Shown here one piece after another: positions 31,708-32,670 of a stretch of DNA of 32,670 nucleotides (positions within the stretch are counted from its first letter, which is position 1; each line of letters begins with the position of its first letter). The DNA lies in the UHGV virus genome UHGV-0203498; one strand, given 5' to 3'. The stretch is from a virus. The notes below the pieces were generated by a model. That model ran no database searches. It was not told the origin of the DNA and saw nothing but the letters and a program-made list of their open reading frames with translations. The position numbers and the translations under genes are program-made.

Positions 31708-32172
31708 ATGAAAATTTTACAAGAAGAGAAAAACTACTGGGCAGCACAATGCCTGGAAGCCCGTGAGCAAGCCGAACGCGCGAATGCGCTGGCGGACACC
31801 TACCTTGCGAGCTACGAAGGCGAGGAGAAGGTGCGCAAGGAGCTAGAGGAACGCTTCGATCTGCTATTCGAATTGATGGGTATTATGCAGCGCACCGGGT
31901 ACACGACCACCGTTGCGCTAAACCGCATCACTGCAGAAGGCCTGCGCGAACACTGCAAGCGGGCCGAGGAGTACGTGCGTCCGAAAGGTCGCCAGTCTTC
32001 GGTCCCCCGGAAAGATCTGGTGCTGATAGCGTGGCGGCATACATCAAACGGTGGTTATAGTACTGATATGCGCCCATTGAGCGCCGAGGAGTCAAAGCGC
32101 GTCCAGCGCGTCATGAAAACCGGCAATAAAGTCCCTTTATACGCGATAGATCCAGGTCATGCAGAAGAGTGA
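31708..32172 (+). CDS. Hypothetical protein
   Basis: ATG at 31708 preceded by GGAG at 8-nt spacing; 154 aa, helical and charged. The ORF-track start at 31633 lies inside the promoter/terminator region and is unlikely. Confidence 0.5.
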   Translation: MKILQEEKNYWAAQCLEAREQAERANALADTYLASYEGEEKVRKELEERFDLLFELMGIMQRTGYTTTVALNRITAEGLREHCKRAEEYVRPKGRQSSVPRKDLVLIAWRHTSNGGYSTDMRPLSAEESKRVQRVMKTGNKVPLYAIDPGHAEE

Positions 32173-32670
32173 GCAAAAAGATAGCTGGCGCACGCCGCCA
32201 GCGTTATTTAAACCGCTGCGCCGGAAGTACCGATTCCGATATGACATGGCGGCAAGCGATGCCAATCACCTGCTACCGCGTTACTTCACGGCAGAGCACA
32301 GCGCACTTGAGGTGGACTGGTCAGAGTTGAAGGGGTGGAAGTGGTGCAATCCGCCGTATTCCGATCCGCTGCCGTGGGTAGAGTGTGCCGCGCACGGACG
32401 CCGGACGGTCATGCTTCTGAATCAGGATACGACCACGAAGTGGGCCAAACTGGCAAGGCAAACAGCCAACCTGATTATTTTGCTGGACTGGCGGATCCGG
32501 TTTATACACGCCGTCACCGGTAAGGTCGGGCCGAGTAACAACAAATGCCAGCAATTGATAATCTTTGAAGAAGTGCCGCCAAACGGCAGCGCACAAATCG
32601 AAATAATGAGCGAAGGTGAATTAAATGAATATCTTAGTCGTCGATCGAAGCCCTCGCCAAACACACCCAA
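32159..32670 (+). CDS. dam: Phage Dam-family DNA N6-adenine methyltransferase (3' end beyond the window)
   Basis: ATG at 32159 overlaps the upstream gene's end. Translation contains WRTPPALF, DMAASDANHLLPRYFT and the catalytic WCNPPYS motif, and stays open to the window end. Not in the ORF track because there is no stop in the window. Confidence 0.8.
   Translation, partial: MQKSEQKDSWRTPPALFKPLRRKYRFRYDMAASDANHLLPRYFTAEHSALEVDWSELKGWKWCNPPYSDPLPWVECAAHGRRTVMLLNQDTTTKWAKLARQTANLIILLDWRIRFIHAVTGKVGPSNNKCQQLIIFEEVPPNGSAQIEIMSEGELNEYLSRRSKPSPNTP

Overview
The window reads as a contiguous piece of a tailed dsDNA phage genome (siphovirus-type organisation), with no integrase or repressor seen, so it is probably virulent. 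Three blocks are visible. (1) A minus-strand late block, 1-18711: tape measure (partial), tail assembly chaperone with a -1 frameshift extension, major tail, neck proteins, major capsid, scaffold, Mu F-like head protein, portal, large and small terminase, an HTH-fused metallophosphoesterase, endolysin, two holin-like proteins and several small genes. (2) A minus-strand primase-helicase operon, 19224-21828. (3) A plus-strand early/replication block, 22230-32670: acidic low-complexity protein, Cas4-like nuclease, gp2.5-like SSB, family A DNA polymerase, HExxH protein, VRR-NUC, SNF2 helicase, a minimal C5-methyltransferase-like protein, and a Dam-like N6-adenine methyltransferase that runs off the window end. 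The items I consider most worth follow-up are: a plus-strand moron inside the head genes encoding a truncated DnaN (beta sliding clamp) homolog; a ~163-bp structured element present twice (with GTCCCGC arrays and GGGACGTCCC palindromes); a recurrent intergenic ATTGGTTGCA motif; and the compact C5-MTase-like plus Dam pair. All calls rest on reading the sequence and remembered family motifs; no database search or folding program was run, and start codons are best estimates.
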